A stretch of 64,000 nucleotides of DNA from Minutocellus sp. GHC0000111. Taxonomy: Eukaryota. Shown one piece after another: positions 35,828 through 48,740 of this stretch. Both the position numbers and the translations under genes were made by a program. Below the pieces are notes generated by a model. That model ran no database searches, was not told where the DNA came from, and worked only from the letters and a program-made list of their open reading frames with translations. Location: positions 2,232,001 to 2,296,000 of the forward strand of contig OZ361259.1 in assembly GCA_977018835.1 (NCBI GenBank), in the 5' to 3' direction. The number at the start of each line of letters is the position of its first letter. Within the stretch, counting starts at the first letter, position 1.

Positions 35828-37163
35828 TTACTGCTGCATCATCGTCATACCTCCACCACCGGCGCCACCATCGGCCACGGTCTTGGCAGCCTCCATGGCC
35901 ACCATACCACCACCGACGACGTGACCACCATGGCCCTCCTCCATCATGGGGGGCATGTCCTCCTCCTGACTGGCGGCGTTATAAAACAGGTCAAGGTTCG
36001 CTGTGGTACCACTCGACAGGTTGGGGAGGGTACCACCGGCACCGCTGCCGCCACCACCAGCTCCCATGGCGGCAGGGTCATCCTCGTGGGGGTGCAGGTT
36101 GGCCTCCTCGGTCCACTTGGTCTCGAGCTCGTTGAGGTCCAGCTCGGTGAAGACCTGTGAGTGACATTGCAGCAGATGGAGAGAGAAACCAGAAATATTG
36201 TTGGTGATGAGCAGAATATTGTTGGTGAGTAGAATGTTGGCGGTGAGCAGAATATTGCAGCAGAAATATTATCGATGGTGAGCAGAATGTTGCAAACAAT
36301 CGATGCAAAGTCCCACTCAATACACACTACAGGACAATCATACTACCACCACTCACCCTCCCGTCCCTATTGCGACCCTGCGTCATGGTGGAACGGAGCT
36401 TCTCAATCTCCTTCTGGGCCTGCTCGCGCATGCGGGTGGCGACTACAAGACGATTGGTGGCCTCGCGAAGCTGACCGAGGCTGGCGGCAACCTGGTCGGA
36501 CAGATCCTGCAGCTTCTGGGCCCGATCGTAGGTGGCACCACCCCCATTGCCACCTTCTCCTCCACCAGTATCAACACCGATGATCTCCAACTCCATCAGA
36601 GCATTCTCCTCGTGATTGCCATTGCCAACGCCGTTGCCAATGCTAATGCCATCATCGGCCGTGGTCATCTTCATCCGTTCCGATTCGATCATGGTCCGGA
36701 TGCGGGGAAGGAGGCCGTCGGCAATACTCCCGACGGTGAGGTGACGGACGATCCGTCCCTCGTCGTACCGATTCATGGCGGCATCGAGCTCGTCGTTGAG
36801 ACCGTCCAGCTGGGCAAAGTAGCTCGTCTGGCTCTCGACGATCCGGCCCTCGATGGTGTCGAGCTTCGACGTCACCTCCTTCATCTCGGCGGCCTCGCTG
36901 GCGTGCTGGCGGCGGAGCTGCTCCAGCCTGGTGCGGAGGAGCTGGACGTCGCGGTCGGATCTGCCCAGCACGTTGGACCTGGCCTGGATCTGCTGGTTCA
37001 GAACCGTCTGGGTCGACCTCTGGGCCGTGATCTTGGACTCGGTGGTTTGGAGAGCGGTCTTGGCCTCGTCGGTCTCGCGGTAGTACCGATCGCGCTCCTC
37101 GGTCAGGTTGGCGAACTGGGCCTGGATGGCGCGGCCATCGATGACGGTAGATGATGCGGACAT
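35828..37163 (-). CDS. Hypothetical coiled-coil protein, 2 exons
   Basis: ORF 37163-36357 joins in frame (phase 0, AGG|gtgagt..cag|GTC) to the 3' exon ending 35828. Confidence 0.6.
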
Positions 37164-37408
37164 GCTGATGGTGGGGGTGGTGGGGGTGGGTGGGAGCGGG
37201 CGATAGCGATACGCAGCAAGAGCAACCTACTGGTGCATCGGGCTCTCCTTTCTTGGAACGGCTCTGATGAGGCATCGAGATATCGAGATGGCAAGTCGAT
37301 CGAGTGAGTCAAGTGACCCAAAATGGGGAGATTGGTCTTGCCGATAAAGCGAAGCCAAAAAGATGAGGGAGATTTGCCGGCGAATGCCGATGGCCCACAA
37401 CGAACTAC

Positions 37409-38692
37409 CATGACCTCTTCTACTACCACTACCACCGCCAAGCCCACCGCCGCCGATCCCAGGGCCGCCGCCGACAAGGGTGACGATCTCCCACCAGGTC
37501 TTCTGGATGTCTGCTCCTTGGTGCTTCCATTCTTCGACTCGACGGAGGTGGCTCAACTGGGATCGACGTCCAAGTCCTGGTCGGAAACCACCACCGCCTC
37601 GTCCCTTCCCTTGGTCCTCCGCCGTGAGCTGGTGACGTCCCGCGCCCTCCCCGACCGGCTGGTCAAGTCCATCGACGAGATGGAGGGGGAGAGCCTCGGC
37701 CATTGGCGTCGCTTTGCGCGGCAGTGGGCCAGCAAGGTCTTTGTCCGTGCCGACCTCGGTACCATCGATGCCGTGGCGCCACCCGCCAAAGAAGATATCG
37801 TGGCGGACGACGACCTCGCCGGCGATGACGACGATAAGGAGGTGGAGAGGGAGGTAAGACTCCACTGCGTGAAAGGGAGGTAAGACTCCACTGCTTGAAT
37901 TATATATATTTCCTTTTATGAATAATGTTTCACCGTACTCATTTGATATCGTCCTCACTAACCTTACTTGCTCGTTCACTACGTTTCATTGCTTTTACAT
38001 AGGCTGCCCAGGATGCCCTCCCTGATATCTCGACCCTCAAGATCCGCGAGATGAAGAGTGAGCTGAAATCCTATGGCATCGATTGCTCGGCATTCTGTGA
38101 GAAGGTGGAGCTCGTTGCTGCCCTTCAAGAGGCGTTGTCTTTTGATGATTCGTTCAACATGTTCCGAGGAACTCCATTTGAAGATGACATGCCTGAGGAC
38201 TATAATCGGTGCCATCACCCCACCGTTCAGTCACTGAATGGTCTATTCGATGTCACAGTGAAGGCGGTATCTTTTCACAAAGATGGTGGCCCAGAGGTGG
38301 TGACCATCGCTCATCAAGAACCTCTTGAGGTAGATGCTGTCTTGCCTGAGTTTCAGGGTACCTGTTTTGAGACTGTGGGTGCCATTCGCTATCACTTTAA
38401 GTCCGGTGAGCTCAAGAACTTGGACGGTGCATCCTTTACAATCGCAGCTTCGGTCAAGAATTGTGCAAAGCTCCTCAACTTCGATCCTATGGAATTCGAA
38501 GAAGGAATGGTTCTTGCTGAAAAGGGTGAGAGGCCCACGTCGAATCAGCTCTGGCTCCTTGACTGGAAGTTTGCCGTGGTTGAGGGTGATTATTCTGAGG
38601 ATCAGTTCATCGAAATTTGGGAAAATAAGCCGAACATTAGCCTGGCACGTTCAGATATCTCTCACAGGTGCGGCCTCATCAAGGGGCTTTAG
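37409..38692 (+). CDS. Hypothetical protein with F-box-like and SAP/HeH-like motifs, 2 exons
   Basis: LVLPFFDSTEVAQLGSTSKSW; phase-0 intron 37854-38002; LKIREMKSELKSYGIDCSAFCEKVELV. Confidence 0.6.
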
Positions 38693-38944
38693 GTTTCTAA
38701 CCATCACCTGTTTCTAATGGTCTTTACTGGATTGTTCGAAGACTACTACGAACTTGTACGACTGTGCCCACGTTCGATGCGAACTAGGGAGAAAACCACC
38801 GACGGCCTGTACCAACAGAGATACATCCGCAGGGCGGTGGATAATATATGAAGAACTCCTACTAGCGGCATTCTTTTGCTGATTTGTAATATGATGAACG
38901 AAGTACGAAAAGAAGGTGAGTGATACAAACGCTGCAATATTCAA

Positions 38945-39792
38945 TAGATGAAGATCTACAATCATGACAATACGTAGATACCTATCATTTGCAACGATAT
39001 CTCGCTACGTACTAGTAGCTACAAATGTACGGTAGTATTGAAATAGCTCTACCTCTTAGCATGATCCTGAGATCGAGACTGAGCATCATCATCATTATTT
39101 TGCGTCCTCTCTCCAAGTCGCATCACCAAGAATCCTTGGATCTTTAAGGAGGTCGGTGGGCACCACCCGCTCAGGCCAAGGGCCGGCCTCCAGGACCATC
39201 ATATCTGAGGGAAGAGCCCCTCCGTCGTTGGATACCTAGGTAAAAGGGCCGCTGCACTCCCCAATCCGCAAAAGTTGGTGGACGACGATGCTGCCAGAAG
39301 AAGGGTGAAAAGAAGCGCGGCCTGCGGGAAATGGAGCCGGATCTGCCACAGCAAGCACTGAGAGGAGAGAGGAAGCTCTAATGGCCCTTATGCTTGGCAA
39401 GAAGCCTGGGCTATTGGATGGCCGAAGCGGTGGCGATGCCAGCAAAAAGAAAGGCAGCGGCGGAAAGTCCAAGTAAGTGGTTCAGATATGCATGTCTAGA
39501 GAGACTACAAAGGGCCAAATGAAATCATGAAGGCTACGATAAGAATATGCAATATGGCATGTAATATTTAGATCTAATCCTACACTTCCTTGTCCTTACT
39601 ACCAACGCTAGGATGTTTTTCAGGCTGCTGTCCTCGACACCTACCACGTCAAGGATCACTATCTACTCATCGAGATACATGTAGATGAAAAATCATGACA
39701 ATACGGAAAAATCTATCATTTGCTTTGATATCTCGCTACGTAGCTACGGTATTAATGGTATTTCAAATAGCTCTACTTCTTAGCATGATCCT
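38945..39792. repeat. Diverged ~120-bp direct repeats (38945-39068 and 39682-39792)
   Basis: Shared blocks ATCATGACAATACG, CTATCATTTGC, GATATCTCGCTACGTA, AAATAGCTCTAC, TCTTAGCATGATCCT. Confidence 0.85.
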
Positions 39793-41831
39793 TGCTGGCC
39801 TGAAGAAGGCCGTGGAATAGCGGGTTGGGTGTCTCTGGTCGAGAGGTAAACTCGGGATGGAACTGTGAGGCGACGAAATAAGGGTGGACCTTGGGATCAA
39901 GCTCACAAATTTCCATTCGCTGGCCACTACCATCTGTGTTACGGCCAGTGAAAACAAACCAGCAGCCTCGAGGGCAGGCACAAGCGCTGGATTCACCTCG
40001 TAGCGATGGCGGTGTCGCTCCATCACACGTTCTTTACCGTAAACCATCCGAGCAATGCTACCATCTTTTAGTATTGTTTCTCTAGCACCGAGACGCATGG
40101 TTCCACCCATTCTATCCCGATCACCTTCTGGCATGAATATTACGCAATCATCGTAATCTTTGGCGAGGCCGTCGACGAATTCAGAGCTGTGGGCTGCTGG
40201 CCGACCCAATACGTTCCGGGTATATTCAATGACAGATGCCTGCATACCGAGGCAGACACCCAAGAAAGGAGTCTTTGATTCGCGGGCATACTTGATTGCA
40301 GCGACCTTTCCGTCAAATCCTGTGTGACATGAAGTAATTGATGAAAAATGTGAGATGTGCGATCGAACGCATATGTAGAAACAAATACGACGTACAAACA
40401 AAACAAATCACAAGACATACCTCGAGTACCAAAACCTCCTGGCACAACAATGCCATCACATTGCCGAAGACGTTCCCAGGCATCTTTCACAGCATCCTCT
40501 CCCTTTGAATCATCTTCACCGGTCAAGTCAGATGCCACAATCCATTCGATGCGCAGTCGTTGTTTGGTGGCAATGGCCGAGTGCGTCAGGGCCTTGACGA
40601 CCGATAAATACGCATCTCCTTGGTCACAGTACTTTCCAACAATGGCAATTTTGCATTCACTCTCTGGGTCATCGACGCTATCAGCGAGCTTCGTCCAGCT
40701 TTTGATCAGTGCCGTATCCTTCACGCAAGCAACAGTGTCTGGTGCTGCATATTGAAGCGAGGTGTCTCGTCTCTTGGCGTGGGGATGGATGCGCAATCTT
40801 TGTGCCATCATGGATGGCATATTCTGCTGCATCATCATGAGCGGGACGCGGTAAATATTCGATACGTCGTGAATGGAGACAACGGCATTCTCTGGCACAG
40901 ATGTAAAGAGAGAAAGCTTACGCTTCGTTCCCTCCTCCAACGGCTCCTTCCCACGGCAGCAGATGAAATCTGGTCGAAGTCCCAATTGCATCATTGTCTT
41001 GACGGAATGCTGCGTTGGCTTTGTCTTTTGCTCGCTTGGTGATCCCAAGACAGGAACAAGCGAAACATGAACAAACATCATGTTCTTGTACCCAAGATGT
41101 TCCTGCAATTGGCGGAGAGCCTCAACAAAGGGCATCGATTCGATATCTCCCAGCGTGCCTCCAAGCTCAACGATGCAAATTTCAGGAGGCTCTGCAGTTG
41201 ACGCCGTGGACTTGCCCTCATGGTCAGCCAGCGTCGAAACCTGCGTAACTGGGGTCTTTGCCACACGAAGGACCCACTCCTGAATGGCATCCGAAATGTG
41301 GGGGACCACCTGTACGGTCTTACCGAGATATTCCCCAATTCGCTCTCTCTCAATTACCTGCTGATATATTTTGCCAGTCGATAGATTCGAATTCTTGGTC
41401 AAGCATACGCCCAGAAAGCGCTCGTAGTTGCCCAAATCAAGGTCCGTCTCTCCCCCGTCGTCCAAAACAAACACCTCTCCATGCTCGAATGGGCTCATGG
41501 TCCCAGCATCAACGTTGAGATGGGGGTTAATTTTCAGAGCCGTGACGCGAAGTCCCATCGCACGGAACAGAACGCCGATGGACGATGCAGTCACACCCTT
41601 GCCGATGCCAGAAAGCACACCACCAGTCACAACAACAATCTTCCGGTTGGATGCGATGGTCTCTTCGACGAGGTCAGACAGGCCTTGGGGCATGGATGAC
41701 GACCCTCCACCTCGCAGCTGGGTGATGAGCCGAGTGCCAGGCGGGCCAGTAGTATGCCGTGCCGACACATGATGCACCTGTATTAAGCTCAGCGCAAGAA
41801 GCGAGAGGCCGAGAACGCTGCAGGCGAGCAT
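39773..41831 (-). CDS. CTPS: CTP synthase with N-terminal signal peptide; 1-bp frameshift at ~39953
   Basis: [34 protein letters not shown] (intron 40420-40320), [22 protein letters not shown] lies in the shifted frame. Confidence 0.92.
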
Positions 41832-42091
41832 GGTGCTGTACCGGTGTGCAAAAATGAGCGGCGGAGCGCCGATACGATGCGACGGTTTCAGGCAGCACGA
41901 GGTACTACGGGCGATGACAGACCGGCATATCTTCCGACCTTCCGACCGACCAAAGATCCAACGAAAAAAGAACCATCACTTCTATTCTTCCCCGGAAGTA
42001 ACGGTACCTTCCTTCGTTCCTGTCTCTTTGCCAGATTAGACGACCATATCGTCGCAGTCTTAATATTGGACACTTATTGACTCATTCAAGT

Positions 42092-43009
42092 ATGGCAAGA
42101 TACAGTTCTTCATCACTTTTGCTACTGAGCGCGGCGGCAACCCTCATGTCTTCGGTTCCGGAAGTATGCGTTGCATTTTCACCGCTTCCGTCAAATGCCA
42201 ATCTACCGGCTTCTTCGATGACTACGGCCCTCTTTGGCACCAAGGTTGGAATCTTCTTCGGAACCTCGACCGGATCGACCGAGGAGGTCGCATATGCCAT
42301 CTCTGAAGAGTTCGGGTCTGACATCGCGAGCGAACCGATTGAGATTGATGGCGTCGCGGATTCCGTAGCCAGTGAATTTGCCAAGTATGACGCTCTGGTA
42401 GTTGGTACACCTACCTGGAACACAGCCGCAGAAAGCGAGCGAAGCGGTACTGGATGGGATGAGATCTACTATTCGACCATGGAGGATCTCAAAATTGCCG
42501 GGAAGAAGGTGGCTGTTTTCGGACTGGGCGATTCTGTTTCGTATGCAGAGAACTATGCGGATGCCGCTGGTGAGCTCCACGACGTCTTTGAGAATCTTGG
42601 CTGTCAAATGCTGGGTTATACTTCCCAAGAGGGATATCTTCACGAGGCCTCCAAGTCCATCCGCGGCGATAAGTTTTGCGGTTTGCTGTGCGACGCCGTA
42701 AATCAGGAGGAATTGACAGAAGGACGTGTCCAGAAATGGGTCGAGCAGCTGATTGGTGAAGGTATCTTGGAAGGTGGAGCAGCTGGTGGTGCAGCCTCAT
42801 CAGAGGAGCCAGCCCCTGCTGTCGTTGACGTTACGGCCGAATTGGAGGAGAACTCGATTTTGATGGAGGAAACCATCGCGGCTCATAGTTCCAGTGATGC
42901 TTTTCAGCCACATTACAATCCTCGATCTGGCGTCACAATGTGGACGAGCCCAGATGGGCGCACTTGTTACTATACCAAGGAAGTGACCAAGCAGCCTGTT
43001 TCGCCCTAG
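42092..43009 (+). CDS. Plastid-targeted long-chain flavodoxin with C-terminal extension
   Basis: Bipartite presequence (..CVAF), VGIFFGTSTGSTE, GTPTWN, KKVAVFGLGD..Y.ENY.DA. Confidence 0.92.
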   Translation: MARYSSSSLLLLSAAATLMSSVPEVCVAFSPLPSNANLPASSMTTALFGTKVGIFFGTSTGSTEEVAYAISEEFGSDIASEPIEIDGVADSVASEFAKYDALVVGTPTWNTAAESERSGTGWDEIYYSTMEDLKIAGKKVAVFGLGDSVSYAENYADAAGELHDVFENLGCQMLGYTSQEGYLHEASKSIRGDKFCGLLCDAVNQEELTEGRVQKWVEQLIGEGILEGGAAGGAASSEEPAPAVVDVTAELEENSILMEETIAAHSSSDAFQPHYNPRSGVTMWTSPDGRTCYYTKEVTKQPVSP

Positions 43010-43180
43010 ATTTTTGGATGGCGGAATATAGCAATTGTGAGTTGGATATGAAGCAGAGAAATCGGTAAAAGGATAAGATTTGTAGAGATTTGTAGAATGT
43101 GACAGATACAGCCACTGCGCGATGCAGCTTGTACTCGAATATTAGAATTTGTCAATATTTACTTTGCCTTACGACTTCAA

Positions 43181-46100
43181 TTACACTGCTACCATCTCCA
43201 CCTGATCATCTTCATCATCGCCTCCTGCATAGTATTCTTCGTTGCTCAGCTCTTCTAAGCCTGAAGGGACGATCCCAGAGGAAGCAGCGCCGACACCACT
43301 GGTGCCTTCTGGCTCTACATCTTCGTACTCCTCGTATTGCTCGGCTTGGCCTCGGCGCTGTCCTGCTCCTACCGGTGGGTTTACATTCGTATTAGATATG
43401 GCAGCACGAGGCTGAAAACTGCCAATGAGGGGAAGATCGGAAATGCTACCGATTCGCATGGCAGCGGCCCTGCCGTGTGCAATCTCCTCCAAGGCCTCCT
43501 TATCCCAATTCATTGTTGTGACCTCTCGATTACAGGCGTGTAAAAGAGATGAAAGGGTGGAATCTGTCGCGATGCTGACCATGTACGCATATGCATTCAC
43601 AACGCTCCATTTTGATGGCAAGGATGGTGTGAGTGCAACCCCAGCGGCTGGAGGAATCCTCTCCCTTTGCTTACCACACAAACTAAGTACATGGCCGCAC
43701 AGGAATATGGCTTCGTCTGTGAAATGGAGTGCCCGGAGGCAGTCTGCGCGCCCAAGAATCATCAGTGCTTCAATCGGTGAGCATTGCAAATCATTTAGTG
43801 GCAAGGCCTTCTTGAACGAAACATCATTCTTCCCCAACTTGGGCCCATTCGAGGCGAACATTACTGCATGCTGAAGGCACTGGAAAGGGTTATAGCAACT
43901 TGGTTGGTTGGCGACATTTAACAAGGCCGATGCAACCTTCAAGCTTGACTTTTGCATTGATGGAAGAGTTGTTGACTTGTGAAGTGCCTTGAGCGCCTCG
44001 TCTAGTGCAGCCATTGCTTCCTTTGCTGCAGCTGCTGAATCCTTTTCTTCTTCGTCGGCACCACCATCAGATTCCTTGAGCCATTCGTTGAGCAGGGCAG
44101 ATGAAGACAGTCGAATAGTATTTTGTATGACGTCACTACAAGCTGGCGGTGGAAGAGCTGAAGCTTTTGCCACTTTGATTCTCGGGGGCTGGGATGGCTT
44201 TCGTCGTCGTCGGGGTTCATCGACCGAAGGCCCCTCCGCCAGCGGCAGGCCTTCGAAGGTGAGACGAGTATTGACGAACCGATTCCACTCTTTCCTTTCT
44301 GGTTCAGTCATGATACATGTGCCGACGGTTGAGTTCCACATCTTCCTGCCTGTGCAGAACTGGGCCTGAGAGTTCCAATGATGAAAGATGATTGGGGCAA
44401 AAACTTGTGAGCTAACGCTAACGGGAATGTTGCATGTAAAGCAATGTCACGGGATAGGAGGTGAAATAATTGTATGTAAGCGATGTACCTACATGTAGGT
44501 ATGAATAGAAAACAACTTACAATGGGGAGAAGAATGCTGAGGGCCATTTTGACCATGTTTTGCTTCTTCAATGAATATTTCGGATCGAGCTCTTTTGCAA
44601 CAGTAAGATATGAGTGAGAAAGCAAAAGGAGGAGGATAATACCGGCCTCTTCCCCTCCTCGTGACAATATCTCGCGACCACCCTGCCGCTGCAGCTTATC
44701 GGTTGCACGTGAGTACCAGTCCGTCTCTTTAATGGTTTGGAACGCTGCACTGAACTCATCCGAAATGGAAGCCTCAACAAGGCTTTCTGATTGGAGTATT
44801 TGTAGCTGCGAAGCCAGCTCCAATTCGACTTTTTCAGGTAAGATGCCGCACACCCAGGCACGGGAAGTTTCGTCGTAACTGAGACTAATTCCAACGAAAT
44901 TGGAATCTCCTGCCGCCTTCATAATGGCATCGAGCAAAAACGACCCGTCGGGTCTCCAAGCCAAATTGGATGATGTAACAGCATATCCGACGCAAAGATA
45001 AAATGCCCTTCGAGATAGATTTTTGTGGGCCGCCGACTGCCACTTCGAGGAAAGAGGAAGTGTGGAATCAGTGACGAGGTTTGCTGCATTTTTCCCCTCC
45101 AAAGGGGTCATGTCCACCGATATACACAAAAACACGGACAAAATATGCCTTAGCTTGGCAAGGACCGGGTCCATCAACTCCAGGGACATGTTAGATGATT
45201 GGCTGGAAGAAGGCGCCAAACAAATTTCCGCCTCTTTTGTCGACACCAAGGTCGAAAAGACTTCGCTGAGAACCCCAAGGACCTCAGAATCAGATGGTAA
45301 AATTGTCGACGATGTACCATGGACCCGCCCGTCCCAAAGGATATCCTCATTTTGAATAACAAAATCAAGAAGCGCCAACGAATTCTTATATCTGTCCTCG
45401 AAGGTTCCATTCGAAAGTTCTACATTCAAAGCCTCCTCTCTAGCTCGAATCAACAAAAGTTGCAATAGAGAAAGAAAAATCTCTCTTGTTTTCGCCTTCT
45501 CTTCACCACGGAGATCGCCACTAACAGGGGTACTGCGAGCAACATTTGTGTTGGAAACTGTATTGCCGAGTGAATCGACATACTCCTGAAACAATGCGAT
45601 GAGATCAAGGCAATTCTTTGCCTTGTCGTCTCCCATTCTGCGCACCAGACTCGCTGTCAGAGCAAAGAAAGATGTTTTCGTGGTAATCCCTACGAGAGGG
45701 TGAGAAAACAGTGACCAATCACTCAAATATCCTCTAGGTGATGTCGTAGTCATGGTGGAATCATCTTCTAGACGAGCGGTAGCAGATAAAGCACGTTGTG
45801 CAGCGTAGTTCTTCCCTCCTTCTGCCAACAAGCTTAAACCGACAAGGACTTGTAATTCATCTGGCAGTACCCCATTTCGCATTCCTTCGATGGCGCCTGC
45901 TTTGGAAGGACTGTCAAGATCTTCGTCGTCCGAGAAGTACTCATCTACGGAGCCTTCCGAATCGCTTTCACCGTCTCCATCAATATTATCGTATGCCAAA
46001 TGCATGTCGAAGGGATTTTGGGATAGGAAAAATGGATTGTTATCCGGAATGCTGCTTGGCTTTCGTTCGCGCCGTTGAACGCGCTCCTTCAAGTAAGAAG

Positions 46101-48477
46101 AAACGACCTCACCGACAAGGGAAGACCCCTGGAAGAGCTCAAGTTCGATGCATTGTTTCATCAGCTGAGAAGCAATGTTGCAGACGGTGGCGCAAGATGC
46201 GGACATTGGCAAAGGATCTCGAGAATTGCCCGCGTCCCCACCGACTCGGCCACCACCAGATGATTGTGTAGCTTGGGCTCTATCTTTTTTCGCTTGTTCA
46301 CTCTGATAATGTTCACCCACTAAAGCCACTACGCTTGATCGATGCTTCTTAACAAGATCGCCTCGGGACATTTCCCTTTCTCGAGCTTCTTCGGAATTGG
46401 CAGACAGTTTCATACGTTCCGTCTCTTCATCAAACGCAAGTAATTGCGCCTTGTTTGATGAAATGAGTGCTGCCCGCTTCTCCTCGAACGTTTGCCCATC
46501 TGGTGACAAGCCTGGGGTTTCTTCCTCTCTGCCATTTGTCACCTTGGCTGCTCCCACTTCCTTCGAAGTTGCGTTTTCACTGGTAGGCATGGCACTCGCA
46601 TCACCGCTCTTCTCGCCATCGCCTTCATCACCAGCCTTTGCAGTAGCGGCAGCTGCCGCAGCAGCTTGCTCTTTTTGTTGATCGGACTCATATGCATCGA
46701 TGACCTTCCACCTGTCACTATCGAATCCACCGCCACCACTGCCTCCGTTTTGGCTATCATCATGATCAGGCCTTGACTTTAAAGCACGTAGGCGAAGCCA
46801 TTCCACGAGTTTGGAACAAGCGGAAGAGCCAGCCGTCGCCTCCAGCGCCATGCACAATGCCTGCAAACGGCGCTCTTTCCAATCAAATGTCTTCGAATAC
46901 TTCCGAAGCCAGCGCCTAAACATGTAATTGTCATTGGATTGGACGCCCTTATTCCATTGCTGACAACCAAAGCCGATACGGAGCATCAAGTCCGCGTAGA
47001 GAAGCCAAACGCCGTAATTCTTTTCCATGTCCGACCTTGCACCGCCAGAGGTCCTGGCCGTCTCCTGAGACTGATTATTGCAATCGGTAAGAATGGTCAG
47101 AGCCTCCGATAGGTTCCCAAGTTCCATCTGCACTGCCGCAAGTTTGGACGGGATGGATATTCCCGGAGGTTGAAGGTTGTCCGCTGCTTGGAAGTCGTTC
47201 TTGGCTTCGCCCGTCCACTTCTTCCTTTCCGTCCTGTATTCGGCCAAGTCCGTCGTGGAACAGTCACCAGAAGTGATAAGGTCGCTGTACATATCGGCAA
47301 TGTCAAGAGCCGCATCGCCTGCTCGCACCCATAGGGTAAAGTCCTTCTTGCACATGACGGCAGCGATGTGGTAAGACCCATACGCCTTCTTGGCGATTTC
47401 GAGCTTGGAGTGGATGGCCTTATGCTTCTGCCCTCCGACCGTTTCACTGGTTGCTGCATTACTATTGGCACTCCCAGCCTCAGCAGATGCTACTGCTTCA
47501 TCATCTGCATCGTTCTCACTACCACTGTCATCCATATCGATATCTTCAGTGTTCTTTTCCCTCAGCATATTCTCATACACCAAGCCAAGAGTCGAATAAA
47601 CCTGTGGCGCCAAAGGAGCCGCCTCGGCCACCTCTGCCAGCTTGGCGATTGCCTCCTTATGTTCACCGCGAGCGTGCGCTCCAAGGGCCTGTCCCTGTCG
47701 TTCCACGAGCTTGTGCGACTTGAAATTCTTCAACCGGTACATGGTGCGGGATATCTTGGCACTTCCGGTCCGGATGGCTTCTCTGGCCTCCTCGAGGGCA
47801 TCCTCCCTCCCCACACGCTGACCTCCACGAGCCCGCTTGGTCTTGGACGAGCTAGTAGCGACAGGAGAACGCTGGCTGCCAGTTGATGCAGTGGGTGGGA
47901 CGGGAGATGGTGAACGAGACCCCCCAGAATAAGCGTCGTTGTTGTCACCAGCAGATGAACTTGCCATACCAGATTCCCACGCGTCCTCGTCACCTTGCGT
48001 ACGAGTACTACCAGCAGCTTCCGGCTTGCTTGCCGCGCCACCACCACCATCGTCGTTGTCACCACCAAAGATCATGCTGCCGCCAACCACCTCATCTTCG
48101 AACGCCACCTTGGCCCCGCGCAGCCTCTTGGGCCGGAGGACGTCGGCCTGAATCGCCCGCTCCTCCCGATCCCGCCGGTCCAAAACCTTGCGCTTCTGCG
48201 TCCGCACGAGGGACTGCTTCCGCGGCAGCTTGCGCTTGTTCTGCCCCCGCTCGTTCTTGCCGTATCCCACCAGCTCCATCTCGGCGTCGAGCGTGTCGAA
48301 CTGCGTTCGGAGGAGCTCCTTGCGTTTGTCTGTGGCGGTTGGCGCCTGCGGGAGCTCCTCCTCATTGTTGCTTGTGGCTGCTTTTTTCTTGAGTCCGCGT
48401 GTTGTGCCGGAGGCACCTGCACCGGGCCCAGCACCGGGCCCTGCACTGTCTGCCTTCTTACGGCGACCCCCGGGCAT
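43181..48477 (-). CDS. Large TPR protein, TFIIIC tau131/GTF3C3-like N-terminal TPRs
   Basis: A..A.ARG..KEAI..L.EV...AP.APQVYSTLGLVYE..AA....D..LW; phase-0 intron 44520-44366 joins the two ORFs. Confidence 0.6.
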
Positions 48478-48740
48478 GGTTCTGCTTATCCTTTCCTGCA
48501 GCAGCTACCTAGGTACGCCGAGTATGCGATTATGGTGCAGCGGGCGGCGACCTTGCAACCTGACTTGACCTCGCGGCCGGCAGATGACGACAAAACGAAA
48601 GCCGTTCTGCTGGTCCCGATCCTGAAATCCTCGTTTCCCACACTACCTAGGTAGGCCTACACCCCGCCCCGCGTCGATTGCCGAACCACGTGGCGCCGTC
48701 CAACTCATAGCGTGCATTGAAAGTGCGCAAGCAAGATACC

